A stretch of 63,001 nucleotides of DNA from Minisyncoccia bacterium. GTDB taxonomy: Bacteria; Patescibacteriota; Minisyncoccia; Phycocordibacterales; UBA918. The position numbers and the translations under genes were made by a program. The notes beneath the pieces were generated by a model. It saw nothing but the letters and a program-made list of their open reading frames with translations, was not told the DNA's origin and ran no database searches. Shown piece after piece: positions 37,223 through 46,970 of the stretch (its first letter is position 1; every line of letters starts with the position of its first letter). The stretch spans positions 1 through 63,001 of the forward strand of contig JBGSYZ010000012.1 of NCBI GenBank assembly GCA_041750655.1, in the 5' to 3' direction.

Positions 37223-38112
37223 ATTTTTTCTACAATTCTCAGTTTTGCGCTGCGAGCGCGCGGGTTATCCTGTAATTCTTCAGCCGAAGCTGTAACTGGT
37301 TTTTTGGTGACAAGCACAGCTTGTCCGTCGTCCTTAAGAGACCTAAATCGGTGTTTAACAACTCGGTCTTCTAAACTATGAAAAGTGATGACGGCTAATC
37401 GTCCTTGTGGTTCAAGGATGGAAAAGGCTGCATCTATGAATTTTTCAACCACCTCAAGCTCATCATTGACTACTATGCGTAAGGCCTGGAAGGTCTTGGT
37501 AGCCGGATGGATACGAACTCTGGGATTCTTTTTTATCACTCTGGAGATAACCTCAGCCAATTGACCAGAAGACACAATTGGTGCTTCTTCTCTTGCTTCT
37601 ACTATTGCTTTGGCAATTTTTCGCGACTGTCTTTCTTCGCCGTAGGCATAAATGACATTAGCGATATCTTCTTCTTTCCAGTCGTTCACTACATCATGGG
37701 CAGTAAACGCGTAGTCGGAAGGATTCCCGTAAGTCATATAAAGCGGTTCATTTACTTGGAAAGAAAAACCTTTTCCTCCTTCCGCAAACTGCTCCATTCG
37801 CCAACCGAGGTCAGCTAGAATTCCTTGTATGTTTTTGAGTTTGTGTTTTGTAACGACCGTTGCGACATCCTTGAAGTTTGCACACTCGAGATATATGTGA
37901 GCCTCTGATTTGGGTACTCCTTTTTTAAGAAAAGTATCTAAGGCTGTTTGATCAGCATCTATTCCTAAGAAAGAATTGTCTGAGCCAAGTTGTGAAATTA
38001 TTTCAGCACTATGACCCCCACTCCCTACGGTGGCGTCGATGTAGGTCCCTGACCTTTGTATATTGAGCGCACCAACTGCTTCAGTGCGCAGTACGGTGTG
38101 ATGAAGATTCAT
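37219..38112 (-). CDS. rsmH: 16S rRNA C1402 N4-methyltransferase
   Basis: DATVGSGGHS, HPATKTFQALRI, ITFHSLEDR, NPRARSAKLR. Confidence 0.97.
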   Translation of the reverse strand: MNLHHTVLRTEAVGALNIQRSGTYIDATVGSGGHSAEIISQLGSDNSFLGIDADQTALDTFLKKGVPKSEAHIYLECANFKDVATVVTKHKLKNIQGILADLGWRMEQFAEGGKGFSFQVNEPLYMTYGNPSDYAFTAHDVVNDWKEEDIANVIYAYGEERQSRKIAKAIVEAREEAPIVSSGQLAEVISRVIKKNPRVRIHPATKTFQALRIVVNDELEVVEKFIDAAFSILEPQGRLAVITFHSLEDRVVKHRFRSLKDDGQAVLVTKKPVTASAEELQDNPRARSAKLRIVEKI

Positions 38113-38129
38113 TTTGATTTGAAGATAGA

Positions 38130-38564
38130 CTAGAGGACGCCGATTTCACCAAGCTTCTCTGCTAACGCATCAGCCTGTTTCTCAATCCGACGTTTGTACT
38201 CTGTCCATTTCTTCTCATCCCAAATTTCTACCCGAGAATGTATACCAGCGAGAACTACCTTGTTCTTCAACCCGGCAAAATCGTGTAAAAAGTCTGGCAC
38301 GAGAATACGTCCAACACTATCTACCTCCGCTTCAACCGCTCCCGAAAGGAAGAATCGGTTAAACCCTCTTGTATCCGCCTGGCCGAGTGGAAGTTCAGAT
38401 ACCTTATCGGTTATCTTCTTCCACTCGGCATTTGGATACACAAAGAGACAGTTATCTAAGCCACGCGTAATGACGAGTTTTTTTCCAAGCTCCCTTCTCC
38501 ATTTACTGGGGAGGGACAGCCGACGCTTGGGGTCCAACGTATGTTTGTATTCGCCAATTAACAT
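38130..38564 (-). CDS. mraZ: Transcriptional regulator MraZ
   Basis: GEY.HTLD.KRR, D..GRIL.P, EIWD. Confidence 0.97.
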   Translation of the reverse strand: MLIGEYKHTLDPKRRLSLPSKWRRELGKKLVITRGLDNCLFVYPNAEWKKITDKVSELPLGQADTRGFNRFFLSGAVEAEVDSVGRILVPDFLHDFAGLKNKVVLAGIHSRVEIWDEKKWTEYKRRIEKQADALAEKLGEIGVL

Positions 38565-38684
38565 GATTTAGATACGGTCGAGACTAGCTCACAAGACGAG
38601 AGACATCTTTTGCTCTCCACAAGCATTTTGATCTCTCCCTGCTTGTGAGCTAGTTTTCTTTCAATAATTACTAATGTAACTATC

Positions 38685-38736
38685 TTACCACTATCTCCCA
38701 CCACGTGCACATTATATAACACCTCATCCCACCACG
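38685..38736 (-). promoter_or_regulatory. mraZ promoter with repeated GTGG-containing boxes (probable MraZ operators)
   Basis: CGTGGTGGGA twice (38696-38705, 38727-38736) flanking TATAAT; MraZ is known to bind direct GTGG/TGGG-type repeats. Confidence 0.65.
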
Positions 38737-38776
38737 TCACACAGTTATGCACACCTGGCCACCTGGTTAAGAAAGT

Positions 38777-38871
38777 AAAACAACCGGAAGGTATTTAAAA
38801 CACGAGTCGAGCTCTCCGCTCAGGAGTTTAGGAGACCCCTTCCGCGAGGTTTTAAAACCTTCCGGTTGTTT
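38777..38871. repeat. Long inverted-repeat element
   Basis: AAAACAACCGGAAGGT(A)TTTAAAAC arms with a 1-nt bulge. Confidence 0.8.
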
Positions 38872-38965
38872 TTTCTACGAAACAAAATTTAATTTAAAAG
38901 TCGGCGAGCTGTGCTCACCGCCCAAACAAAAACCGCCCCATCATTGCTGTGGGGCGGGTGGAGGT

Positions 38966-39232
38966 TCATTCAGAACCGAACAGTTCATTTTCGTCTTTCT
39001 TAAGTTCTTCAAGAGATTTAACCAACAATGTCGCCTCTCCGACAAACGTTCGAAGTTGTTCAGGCGAAAACACAAGACTAATCCGTTGTTTTTCAATCCC
39101 ATCTCCATGACACATTGAAATCAGTACTTCTCCTGAATCACCATTTGGAGAATCTGGAACGGCCATTTCGCCAGTTATTTCAAGATCTTTTACCTCTGTG
39201 AAATTTAGCGTCGCTTCATACACAGTTATCAT
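38966..39232 (-). CDS. Small acidic hypothetical protein
   Basis: AAGGAGG SD; terminator-like CCGCCCCA/TGGGGCGG downstream. Confidence 0.7.
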   Translation of the reverse strand: MITVYEATLNFTEVKDLEITGEMAVPDSPNGDSGEVLISMCHGDGIEKQRISLVFSPEQLRTFVGEATLLVKSLEELKKDENELFGSE

Positions 39233-39281
39233 CCTGTCCTCCTTTTACTAAACACTAAAGTACCCTATATATTATTTTAGT

Positions 39282-40736
39282 CTAGTCTTTCGGGCGCATC
39301 AGCGGGAAGAGCTGAGTTTCGCGCAGTGGCTTCCCTGCCAAGAACGCAAAGAGGCGTTCACCAAACCCAAAGCCGCAGGTTGGTGGCATGCCGTATTCAA
39401 GCATTTCTACAAATTCCCAGTCGGGCATCATCGCTTCTTCATCTCCCGCCTCGAGAAGTGTACGCTGCACTTCAAAGCGCTCGCGTTGATCTATCGGGTC
39501 ATTGAGCTCACTGTACCCCCTCCCGACTTCGCTACCAGCGATAATCGGCTGGAACATTTCGACCGTGTTACCATCGGCCCGAGCTTTCGCTAGCGGTGCT
39601 ACTAGCTTGGGATGATTTACTAAGAACGCTGGACCAGCGATGTTCTTGCGACAGTACTTCCAGAGCGTGTCAGTCAGTCGTTCGCGGTTGTCACCTTCGT
39701 ACTCTACGTTAAGTTCCCCAAGCTTCTGTTTCATTTCACTTTCTGAGGCGGTGATGATGTTGATACTCGTTTGCTTTTCGATTTCTCCAACGTAATCAAT
39801 TTCTACCCATTCAGCGGCGAGATCAAAACTATGCCCGCGGGCTTCAAATTTTGTTGTGCCAAATACTTTTTCTGCAATCTCAATATACAGTTCACGCACC
39901 AATTTCATTCCATCGCGATAATCAGCATACGCCCAGTAGAATTCCATGTTGGTAAATTCCTGGAGGTGCTCTGGACTGGTGCCTTCATTGCGGTACGCTT
40001 TACCAATTTCGAAGGTTTTATCAAAACCGCCGGCCATGAGTCGCTTCTGCCACAGCTCACCAATTGAAATACGCAGATACACATCCATATCAAAATCGTT
40101 GTGATGAGTTTTAAACGGTCGGGCTTCGGCGCCACCGGTAGTATGTTCGAGTGTTGGTGTCTCCACCTCCAAAAAACCATGCTGCTTCATAAACGCGCGG
40201 GTGACATCCCAGAACTTGGCCTTCTTCACAAACATCTCCCTCTGCTCTTCATTTAAAAGCAAATCAAGATAACGCTTTCGGTAGCGTTCATCTTCGTCTT
40301 TGATACCAAAGTGTTCGGTCGGGATACTTTGTAAAGCCTTTCCGAGCACTCGCCAGTTCTTTACTAAAATTGCCTGGGTCTCGCGCTTAGTCACATAGGC
40401 CGGACCAGTGATTTCGATAAAGTCGCCGGTGCTCATGGTTTCCAGAAGCTGGCTGAAAAGTTCTTCACCCAGTTCATCTTTCTGGCAAAAACCCTGAATC
40501 TTGCCAGAGCCGTCCATAACATCAATAAACGCTAAGGCGCCGTGTTCGCGCATAGCCATAATTCGTCCAGCCACAGTGACCGACTCTTGGGTGGTATTTA
40601 AATTATCAAAATTAGCCAAAACCTCACATACTTGGTGAGTAGCATTGGCTTTACTGGGGTACGGATTGATACCAAGCTCGCGCAAGCGGGCAATCTTCTT
40701 CTCGCGGTCTGCACGGAGATCTTCAATGTTAGACAT
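39282..40736 (-). CDS. lysS: Lysine--tRNA ligase (class II)
   Basis: FLEVETP, YRNEG...HLQEFT.ME, LEYGMPP..G.G.GERL; start moved to 40736. Confidence 0.97.
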   Translation of the reverse strand: MSNIEDLRADREKKIARLRELGINPYPSKANATHQVCEVLANFDNLNTTQESVTVAGRIMAMREHGALAFIDVMDGSGKIQGFCQKDELGEELFSQLLETMSTGDFIEITGPAYVTKRETQAILVKNWRVLGKALQSIPTEHFGIKDEDERYRKRYLDLLLNEEQREMFVKKAKFWDVTRAFMKQHGFLEVETPTLEHTTGGAEARPFKTHHNDFDMDVYLRISIGELWQKRLMAGGFDKTFEIGKAYRNEGTSPEHLQEFTNMEFYWAYADYRDGMKLVRELYIEIAEKVFGTTKFEARGHSFDLAAEWVEIDYVGEIEKQTSINIITASESEMKQKLGELNVEYEGDNRERLTDTLWKYCRKNIAGPAFLVNHPKLVAPLAKARADGNTVEMFQPIIAGSEVGRGYSELNDPIDQRERFEVQRTLLEAGDEEAMMPDWEFVEMLEYGMPPTCGFGFGERLFAFLAGKPLRETQLFPLMRPKD

Positions 40737-40768
40737 GGCTCTAATCCTAACGTACAGACAACAAATTG

Positions 40769-40800
40769 AAAAGCCCGGCGCCAATGGCGCCGGGCTTTTC
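40769..40800. terminator. Terminator between greA and lysS
   Basis: AAAAGCCCGGCGCC-AAT-GGCGCCGGGCTTTT. Confidence 0.75.
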
Positions 40801-40807
40801 ATTTTAG

Positions 40808-41278
40808 TTATTCAACTTTCAATATTTTGTAACTTTGTTTTCCTCCCGGTGTATCGAATACAAACGTATCCCCCTTGCTCTTACCCATTAAAGCTTCTCC
40901 TAATGGTGAGAGGTACGAAAGCTTATGTTCATGAATATTAGCTTCTTCTGAACCGACAATAGTGTACGTCAAAGTATTTTTTTCTCCCGTCTTTTGAATA
41001 GATACAGCTGAACCAAGTCCAATCACCCCACCTTTTTTATCATGAGCCACAATCTTGGCTTCTTTAATTACCTGCTCCAAGTGCTGGATACGCTCTTCAA
41101 TAGCTGCTTGCATGTCACGAGCTTCTTGGTACTCGGCATTTTCAGAGAGGTCACCAAGACTACGGGCATACTCAAGTGACTCGGCTACTTCTTTACGACG
41201 AGTGGTTTTGAGGTGTTCTAATTCCTTCTTTAGCTCTTCAAACTTCTCCGGGGTCAAAAATTCTTGTACATCTGTCAT
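40808..41278 (-). CDS. greA: Transcription elongation factor GreA
   Basis: GDLSENAEYQEAR, SPLG.AL.GK; TTGACT-16-TATAAT promoter. Confidence 0.97.
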   Translation of the reverse strand: MTDVQEFLTPEKFEELKKELEHLKTTRRKEVAESLEYARSLGDLSENAEYQEARDMQAAIEERIQHLEQVIKEAKIVAHDKKGGVIGLGSAVSIQKTGEKNTLTYTIVGSEEANIHEHKLSYLSPLGEALMGKSKGDTFVFDTPGGKQSYKILKVE

Positions 41279-41331
41279 AGGATTGAAATTAAATTGTGTC
41301 CCCAATTATACGTAGGGTGAGCATGAAGTCA

Positions 41332-41466
41332 AACCCGACCCTAACTTTCTCGTTGTGTACGAATAGGACAAGCTATACAGACCGTATTATTTTGATGCAA
41401 ATTGTAAATAATCAACTAATCTAGAGTGCTACCACCCAAGAGATTACGAGAAAGTTAGGGTGGGTT
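41332..41466. repeat. Long inverted-repeat element
   Basis: AACCC(G)ACCCTAACTTTCTCGT / ACGAGAAAGTTAGGGTGGGTT. Confidence 0.8.
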
Positions 41467-41507
41467 CACATTGTAGGTACATTATTGTTTTGTGGCAGAC
41501 GACAAAG

Positions 41508-43205
41508 TTACTCGCTAACAGTGGTGTCTATTCCCAAATACTCAGGACGGTTGGTGTGTATCCAATCCATCACACTACCCATAATTGTTGTCGCTCCAAG
41601 CTTATTGCTCCTTGGCGCATGTTCCATCATCAAAATAAACGCGTACTTAGGATCTTCGTACGGCCAGAAGCCAGCGGCCCATGAGTTTACATACCGATTA
41701 CCCGCTCCGACTTCGGCTGTACCGGATTTGGCGGCTACTTTTATGTATTTTTTTTCAAGTCCTCGGGCTGTTCCACCAGGATAATTCGTGGTCATGTTCA
41801 TCGCCTCATGAATGACTTTCAAGGTGGCTGGATCAAGCTCTATTCGCTCGGATTCCCCCACCACGTCTTTCCCTAAGTGCGGTTTAAAGAACGTACCTCC
41901 GTTAGCAATAGCCGCATATGCCCGCAACATCTGAATCGGAGTAACCTGCCAACCAAACTGACCAATAGAGGTGTTGTAGGTATCCCCCAAGCGCCAATCC
42001 TCACCAAAGGCTTCTTCTTTCCATGCCGGACTTGGTACCGTCCCTGATTGTTCACCAAGAAGAGCAATGTCGGTCGTTTGGCCAAATTTGAATAAATCAT
42101 AGTACTCATTCATTTTATTTATTCCCAGGCCTCGTTGTGAGCCATAACCACCGCTGATGTAATACATGTACACATTACTAGAAAAAGCGAGCGATTCGCG
42201 AGCATTCATTCGGCCATGGGCACGCCAGTCAGTAAAGACCGATGGTTGACTTGGTATGTATGGATTAGGAATCACAATCTGACCGGTACTTACAATGGAA
42301 GTCTCTGGGGTGATAATCCCTTCCATAAGCGCTCCGTACACCAAAAACGGTTTTACTACCGAACCAGGAGTATACACACCACCAATCACTTTATTTAAAA
42401 ACGGCAATCTTTCATCGTTCGTGTATTGATTTATTAAATCAATATCATCTCCATCGGCCATCACTTCAGGGTCAAAGGAAGGATAGCTGGTCATAGCTAA
42501 AATTTCCCCAGTGGTAACATCCATAATGGCTCCTGCTCCACTTCGAAAACCAGCCTTTAGGGATGAAGTGGCAATAATGTTATACATGGCTTCGCTTAAT
42601 TCAGCGTCGACTGACAAGGTAATTTCTTCACCCGGTTTTGGCAAATCAACTACACTACTAGAAATAACATCACCGTGAGCATTAACCTCCACTAACTGCG
42701 ATCCATTTACCCCAGCTAAAATATTATTGAACGATTCTTCTACACCGCTGCGACCCAAATACTCGGTTCGAAAATAAAATCCCTTTTTATCTTTTTTAGG
42801 GTAACTTACAAAACCTATCAATTGTCCAAGGCCTTGTCGATCAGTATAAGCTCGTACCGGAAAGCCATATTCACCGGTAGTATCAATTTCATTCCAAGCC
42901 AATAATTCACCATTACGGTCATAGATAACTCCTCGCTCGGCAATAATGATTGCTTCGGACAGTTTATTTTGTTCACTTTGTTCACGATAATCATCTCCAG
43001 CCAGGACCTGAAGTGAAAAAGCTCGCCACGTAAAGGTGCTCGCAATAAGTGTAAAAAGAACACCAATGATAAATATACTTCTGTTTCTAATTGGTGTTTC
43101 AATACGACCCTCTGCGCGACGGGTATCAAACGAAGGTAGGTTTGAAGAATCAAGAAGAATTTCGTCAAACTCAAATAATGGTTTTTTTGTACGAAATAAT
43201 TTCAT
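41508..43205 (-). CDS. mrdA: Penicillin-binding protein 2 (elongasome)
   Basis: SVVK, SSN, KSGT; downstream of mreBCD. Confidence 0.88.
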   Translation of the reverse strand: MKLFRTKKPLFEFDEILLDSSNLPSFDTRRAEGRIETPIRNRSIFIIGVLFTLIASTFTWRAFSLQVLAGDDYREQSEQNKLSEAIIIAERGVIYDRNGELLAWNEIDTTGEYGFPVRAYTDRQGLGQLIGFVSYPKKDKKGFYFRTEYLGRSGVEESFNNILAGVNGSQLVEVNAHGDVISSSVVDLPKPGEEITLSVDAELSEAMYNIIATSSLKAGFRSGAGAIMDVTTGEILAMTSYPSFDPEVMADGDDIDLINQYTNDERLPFLNKVIGGVYTPGSVVKPFLVYGALMEGIITPETSIVSTGQIVIPNPYIPSQPSVFTDWRAHGRMNARESLAFSSNVYMYYISGGYGSQRGLGINKMNEYYDLFKFGQTTDIALLGEQSGTVPSPAWKEEAFGEDWRLGDTYNTSIGQFGWQVTPIQMLRAYAAIANGGTFFKPHLGKDVVGESERIELDPATLKVIHEAMNMTTNYPGGTARGLEKKYIKVAAKSGTAEVGAGNRYVNSWAAGFWPYEDPKYAFILMMEHAPRSNKLGATTIMGSVMDWIHTNRPEYLGIDTTVSE

Positions 43206-43450
43206 GCTGTAGTTTCAATGGTGAGATACGGGCGAATGAGCTCAGCAACCACCAATACCCCGGCAGTAGCTAACACATACAACGGTACATATGAGTAGTA
43301 TAAACCAAACTGAGCATCAATAATGGCCGCCACAATCAAACACATATAACCACGATACCGAAGAGCGATAACAAAAGAAACAGCTAGAAAAAAACTCATT
43401 GGTAAAAGTAGTGCAAAAATATATGATACAACTAGTAAAACATAATACAT
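43202..43450 (-). CDS. MreD-like small membrane protein
   Basis: Hydrophobic; located between mreC and mrdA. Confidence 0.6.
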   Translation of the reverse strand: MYYVLLVVSYIFALLLPMSFFLAVSFVIALRYRGYMCLIVAAIIDAQFGLYYSYVPLYVLATAGVLVVAELIRPYLTIETTA

Positions 43451-43452
43451 AG

Positions 43453-44382
43453 TTATTCTGATGAGGTTGTGCTTGGGGTAGATATTACTGTAGAAGTAGC
43501 AGAACTAGTAGCATGATTGATTGGTACGTCTACAATTAATTGCGAATTAATAGTTTCAGTTACCGCTGCCGCCGCAGCTTCAAAAGTAATCGTATCGATA
43601 GCGTCAAGACTAACCGTTACTGCCCGCAGTGTTTGAATTGGGGTACCGACAGTCACATAACCATTTTGTACTGGTTCAGCTGGAATTGAAATCACCTCCT
43701 CAACTGAGCCATACACACCACTACCTAGAGCCGGTACCACTACTAAATTACCGACATCGAGATGAATTCCTTGGGGCACATTTACCTTCAACACCCCACC
43801 GCCTTCACCGACTGCAGTGGCATACACATTGGGGCCAATTACGAACACTGACGATTCAATTCCGGGCGAACTGGCGAGAGCCACCAAGGCGCTATCTGGG
43901 TACGCACGAGCAATTAAGCCAACCGCTTTATCACCATTGATATATACGACTGCGTTTTCTTTTATGCCATCATTACTTCCCCTGTCTATCAATAAAGCAT
44001 CAAACGGTAGCTGGGGTGGTCGTCCTATTATGTTAGAGAGTAGTCGCGGTGAACTGGTGCCTGAGACCATCGACAACAATTGTTGGTTTTCTGCCACAAG
44101 ATTAGCTAATGTTTTTCTATCACCATCATAACTAGCAATTTTTGATTTAAGTTCAGTGATCTCGTCCTGCAACATTTTTCTATCACGAAAATATGAAGGG
44201 ATAGTGCCACTAGAGGTAAAGAGCCAGTTTGAAACTGAAAAAACGCTCCCGTTGGCAAACGAAGCCACATTTCCAAGCCACGGACGAAATAAAATAACCA
44301 CTAGCGCCAAACCCAACGCTACCAGAATAATGCGTTTGGTGTGAGGTTTGTTATTTAAGCTGTTGTGATAGTTCGCCTTCAT
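43453..44382 (-). CDS. mreC: Rod shape-determining protein MreC
   Basis: TM helix, coiled coil, IDRGS.DGI; follows mreB. Confidence 0.88.
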   Translation of the reverse strand: MKANYHNSLNNKPHTKRIILVALGLALVVILFRPWLGNVASFANGSVFSVSNWLFTSSGTIPSYFRDRKMLQDEITELKSKIASYDGDRKTLANLVAENQQLLSMVSGTSSPRLLSNIIGRPPQLPFDALLIDRGSNDGIKENAVVYINGDKAVGLIARAYPDSALVALASSPGIESSVFVIGPNVYATAVGEGGGVLKVNVPQGIHLDVGNLVVVPALGSGVYGSVEEVISIPAEPVQNGYVTVGTPIQTLRAVTVSLDAIDTITFEAAAAAVTETINSQLIVDVPINHATSSATSTVISTPSTTSSE

Positions 44383-45430
44383 TGTCTATAAGTATGTCTT
44401 CATAATACTCTAAATCTTCTAAGACAATACCAGTTCCGCGTACAACGGCTCGCAAAGGATCAGGCACCACAATAACCGGTACCTGTAGTACCTCCTCAAG
44501 CAATTCTCCAATACCGAGGATAAGAGCTCCACCGCCCGATAAGTGAACACCACGTTGCATAATATCAGCCAAAATTTCTGGTGGTGTTTCCTCAAGTACG
44601 TTACGGACTGACTCCACGATAGAATTTACTGAATTAGAAATAGCTTCGCGTATGTCGGTGTCGGTAATAACCACTTCTCGTGGTAAACCGGTCACTACAT
44701 CACGCCCACGTACTACCAAATCTTTAGAGTGCTCACTTTTAAGAATATTAGCCAAACCAATCTTGGCATCTTCAGCAGTTTTATCTCCAACCAACACTTT
44801 AAATTGAGTTCTAATGTAGCTAACGATATTAGCATTAAGATGATCCCCTGCTACCCGAAGATTTTTTGACACCACCACACCATTAAGAGAAATTACGGCG
44901 ATATCGGTATTACCGCCTCCAATATCAATAATCATGCTGCCGGAAGCTTTACCGATAGGTAGTTTGGCACCGATGGCCGCTGCCATTGGTTCTTCGATTA
45001 GAAACACATCTCGCGCCCCAGCATTTTTCACTGCATCACGTACAGCCCGCATTTCTACGTTAGTGATACCTGATGGCACACCCACTACCACACGTGGAGC
45101 AATAAAATTTCTGGTTTCACTACGTACTTTAGTAATAAGATACGCAATCATTTCCTCAGTCACCTCAAAATCTGAAATAACTCCTTCGATAAGCGGACGT
45201 ACCACTTCGATATGGGCTGGTGTACGACCAAGCATAGTCTTGGCTTCATTACCCACTGCTACCAACTGGCCAGTCTTTTTATTAATAGCGACAATAGTCG
45301 GCTCATTGAGAACTATACCTTTACCCTTAACATACACAAGAGTATTAGCCGTTCCTAAATCAATACCTATATCAGTTGAAACTGAACCAATAAGTAGACT
45401 GAGAAATTTTTTACCTCGTTTAATTGCCAT
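44351..45430 (-). CDS. mreB: Rod shape-determining protein MreB
   Basis: GIDLGTAN, EEPMAAAIG, DIGGG, LSGGGAL. Confidence 0.96.
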   Translation of the reverse strand: MAIKRGKKFLSLLIGSVSTDIGIDLGTANTLVYVKGKGIVLNEPTIVAINKKTGQLVAVGNEAKTMLGRTPAHIEVVRPLIEGVISDFEVTEEMIAYLITKVRSETRNFIAPRVVVGVPSGITNVEMRAVRDAVKNAGARDVFLIEEPMAAAIGAKLPIGKASGSMIIDIGGGNTDIAVISLNGVVVSKNLRVAGDHLNANIVSYIRTQFKVLVGDKTAEDAKIGLANILKSEHSKDLVVRGRDVVTGLPREVVITDTDIREAISNSVNSIVESVRNVLEETPPEILADIMQRGVHLSGGGALILGIGELLEEVLQVPVIVVPDPLRAVVRGTGIVLEDLEYYEDILIDNEGELSQQLK

Positions 45431-45435
45431 AAGAA

Positions 45436-46698
45436 TTACGCTTCTGTAGCGAAATCATCGTATAATTCATCTTCCATCAAAAAGCGCACTTCTCCACCCT
45501 TACGTGTCACTACCTCAAACTGACCTTCTTCTTTGGTTTTTTTTGAGGCCACTACACGATATGGCATACCAAGTAAATCTGAGTCAGCAAATTTTTCGCC
45601 GGCCCGGGCTTCGATACGGTCATCGTATAGCACTTCAACTCCACGCTTTTTAAGTGAGTCGTAAACACCATCGGCAAAATCTTTTATCTCACTATCGTCA
45701 AGATTTAAACCAACTAAATGTACTGTAAACGGAGCAATGCTCTCCGGCCAGATAATTCCTTTCTCGTCGGAAAGTAAATCAACTACCGTTCCCATTGCTC
45801 GAGCCGGCCCAATACCATATGAGCCCATAATAACTGGCACTTCCTCACCTGCTTCATTTTTGTAAGTCAGACCAATTGCTTCTGAAAATTTAGTACCTAA
45901 AGAGAAAATATTTCCCACCTCAATACTTTTACGTTTCTCAAGTTCGTCTTTGGTTACACCAAGCTCAGAGAGATCCGCCTCTGCGAGCACCTCTTCATTT
46001 ACCGCTATTCCTTTAGCTTCATTTACATACACAATATCTTCCCCGGCTTCAGCGAGTGTTTGGAATTCATGGCTAAATTTGGTGAATGCTCCACCAGAAG
46101 CAAAAGTTTTGTACGTTTTATCTCCTATACCAATACGATCAAAGACATTTTTATAGGCAATGGCATACGCTTCATAAATCTCAGCGTGTTGTTCTTCAGT
46201 GGCACAAAATGTATATAGGTCTTTCATCCAGAACTCTCGAGTTCTCATAATTCCACTTTTGGCTCGCATTTCGTTTCGGAATTTTGTTTGAATATGATAC
46301 GCCGAAAACGGAAGGTCTTTGTATGAAGAAACATACTTGGACATAATCTCTGTAATTACTTCTTCATGTGTCCATGCAAAACCAATATCACCGCCGGCTT
46401 TTAATTCACCTTTAAACCAGACATCAACTTTATCATCATCCCAACGATCACTTTTTTTCCAAAGTTCTGGATCTTGGAGACTCGGCATATACATTTCTTG
46501 AGCACCAACCGCATTCATTTCTTCACGAATGATTGTATTAATTTTTTCAATTACCTTAAGTCCGAGCGGAAGAAAGGTGTAGACTCCGGCCATGTTTTTA
46601 TAGACATAGCCGCCACGAATGAGAAGCTGGGCATTCTTCGCCACCTCATCCGCTGGGGCCTCTTTCAAGGTTTTCGTAAATAGTTGAGTTTGTTTCAT
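45436..46698 (-). CDS. proS: Proline--tRNA ligase (short bacterial type, no insertion editing domain)
   Basis: QTKFRNE.R...G.MRTREF.MKD.Y, EVGNIF.LG, MGSYGIG. Confidence 0.95.
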   Translation of the reverse strand: MKQTQLFTKTLKEAPADEVAKNAQLLIRGGYVYKNMAGVYTFLPLGLKVIEKINTIIREEMNAVGAQEMYMPSLQDPELWKKSDRWDDDKVDVWFKGELKAGGDIGFAWTHEEVITEIMSKYVSSYKDLPFSAYHIQTKFRNEMRAKSGIMRTREFWMKDLYTFCATEEQHAEIYEAYAIAYKNVFDRIGIGDKTYKTFASGGAFTKFSHEFQTLAEAGEDIVYVNEAKGIAVNEEVLAEADLSELGVTKDELEKRKSIEVGNIFSLGTKFSEAIGLTYKNEAGEEVPVIMGSYGIGPARAMGTVVDLLSDEKGIIWPESIAPFTVHLVGLNLDDSEIKDFADGVYDSLKKRGVEVLYDDRIEARAGEKFADSDLLGMPYRVVASKKTKEEGQFEVVTRKGGEVRFLMEDELYDDFATEA

Positions 46699-46842
46699 AT
46701 TTTAGTAGTTAATCATTAGTAAAATAGCCATTAGTTAATGAGTACCACTATGGGCATTGGAAACAAAAATACCATCATAAGAGTCTTATACTATCGGTAA
46801 AACCCCGAAGCTTCAAGTTTTTCGTCACCCATTGAACTTTTT

Positions 46843-46968
46843 CCGAAATTGAAAAATTATGCTGGATGCGAGGCGTAGGAGGAAAATTGTTGGAGGCGTA
46901 TGTTTATACGTTGACAACTATTTTACCGAACTACAACAAAGCAGACGGTACAATTTTTACAATTTCGG
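46843..46968 (+). ncRNA. Structured element, family 1, copy A
   Basis: GA-TGC-GAGGC...GAGG-CGTAT.ATACG-TTGA...AACAAA-GCA-GA inside an AT-rich inverted repeat. Confidence 0.6.
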
Positions 46969-46970
46969 TT

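Noticed and set aside
19329-41466. TTAGGG telomere-like hexamers at 19331 and 41455
   Set aside because: Single isolated hexamers, no array.
46700-46780. Pro-containing leader peptide (MMVFLFPMPIVVLIN) upstream of proS
   Set aside because: No SD and no attenuator hairpins; a 15-codon ORF is expected by chance.
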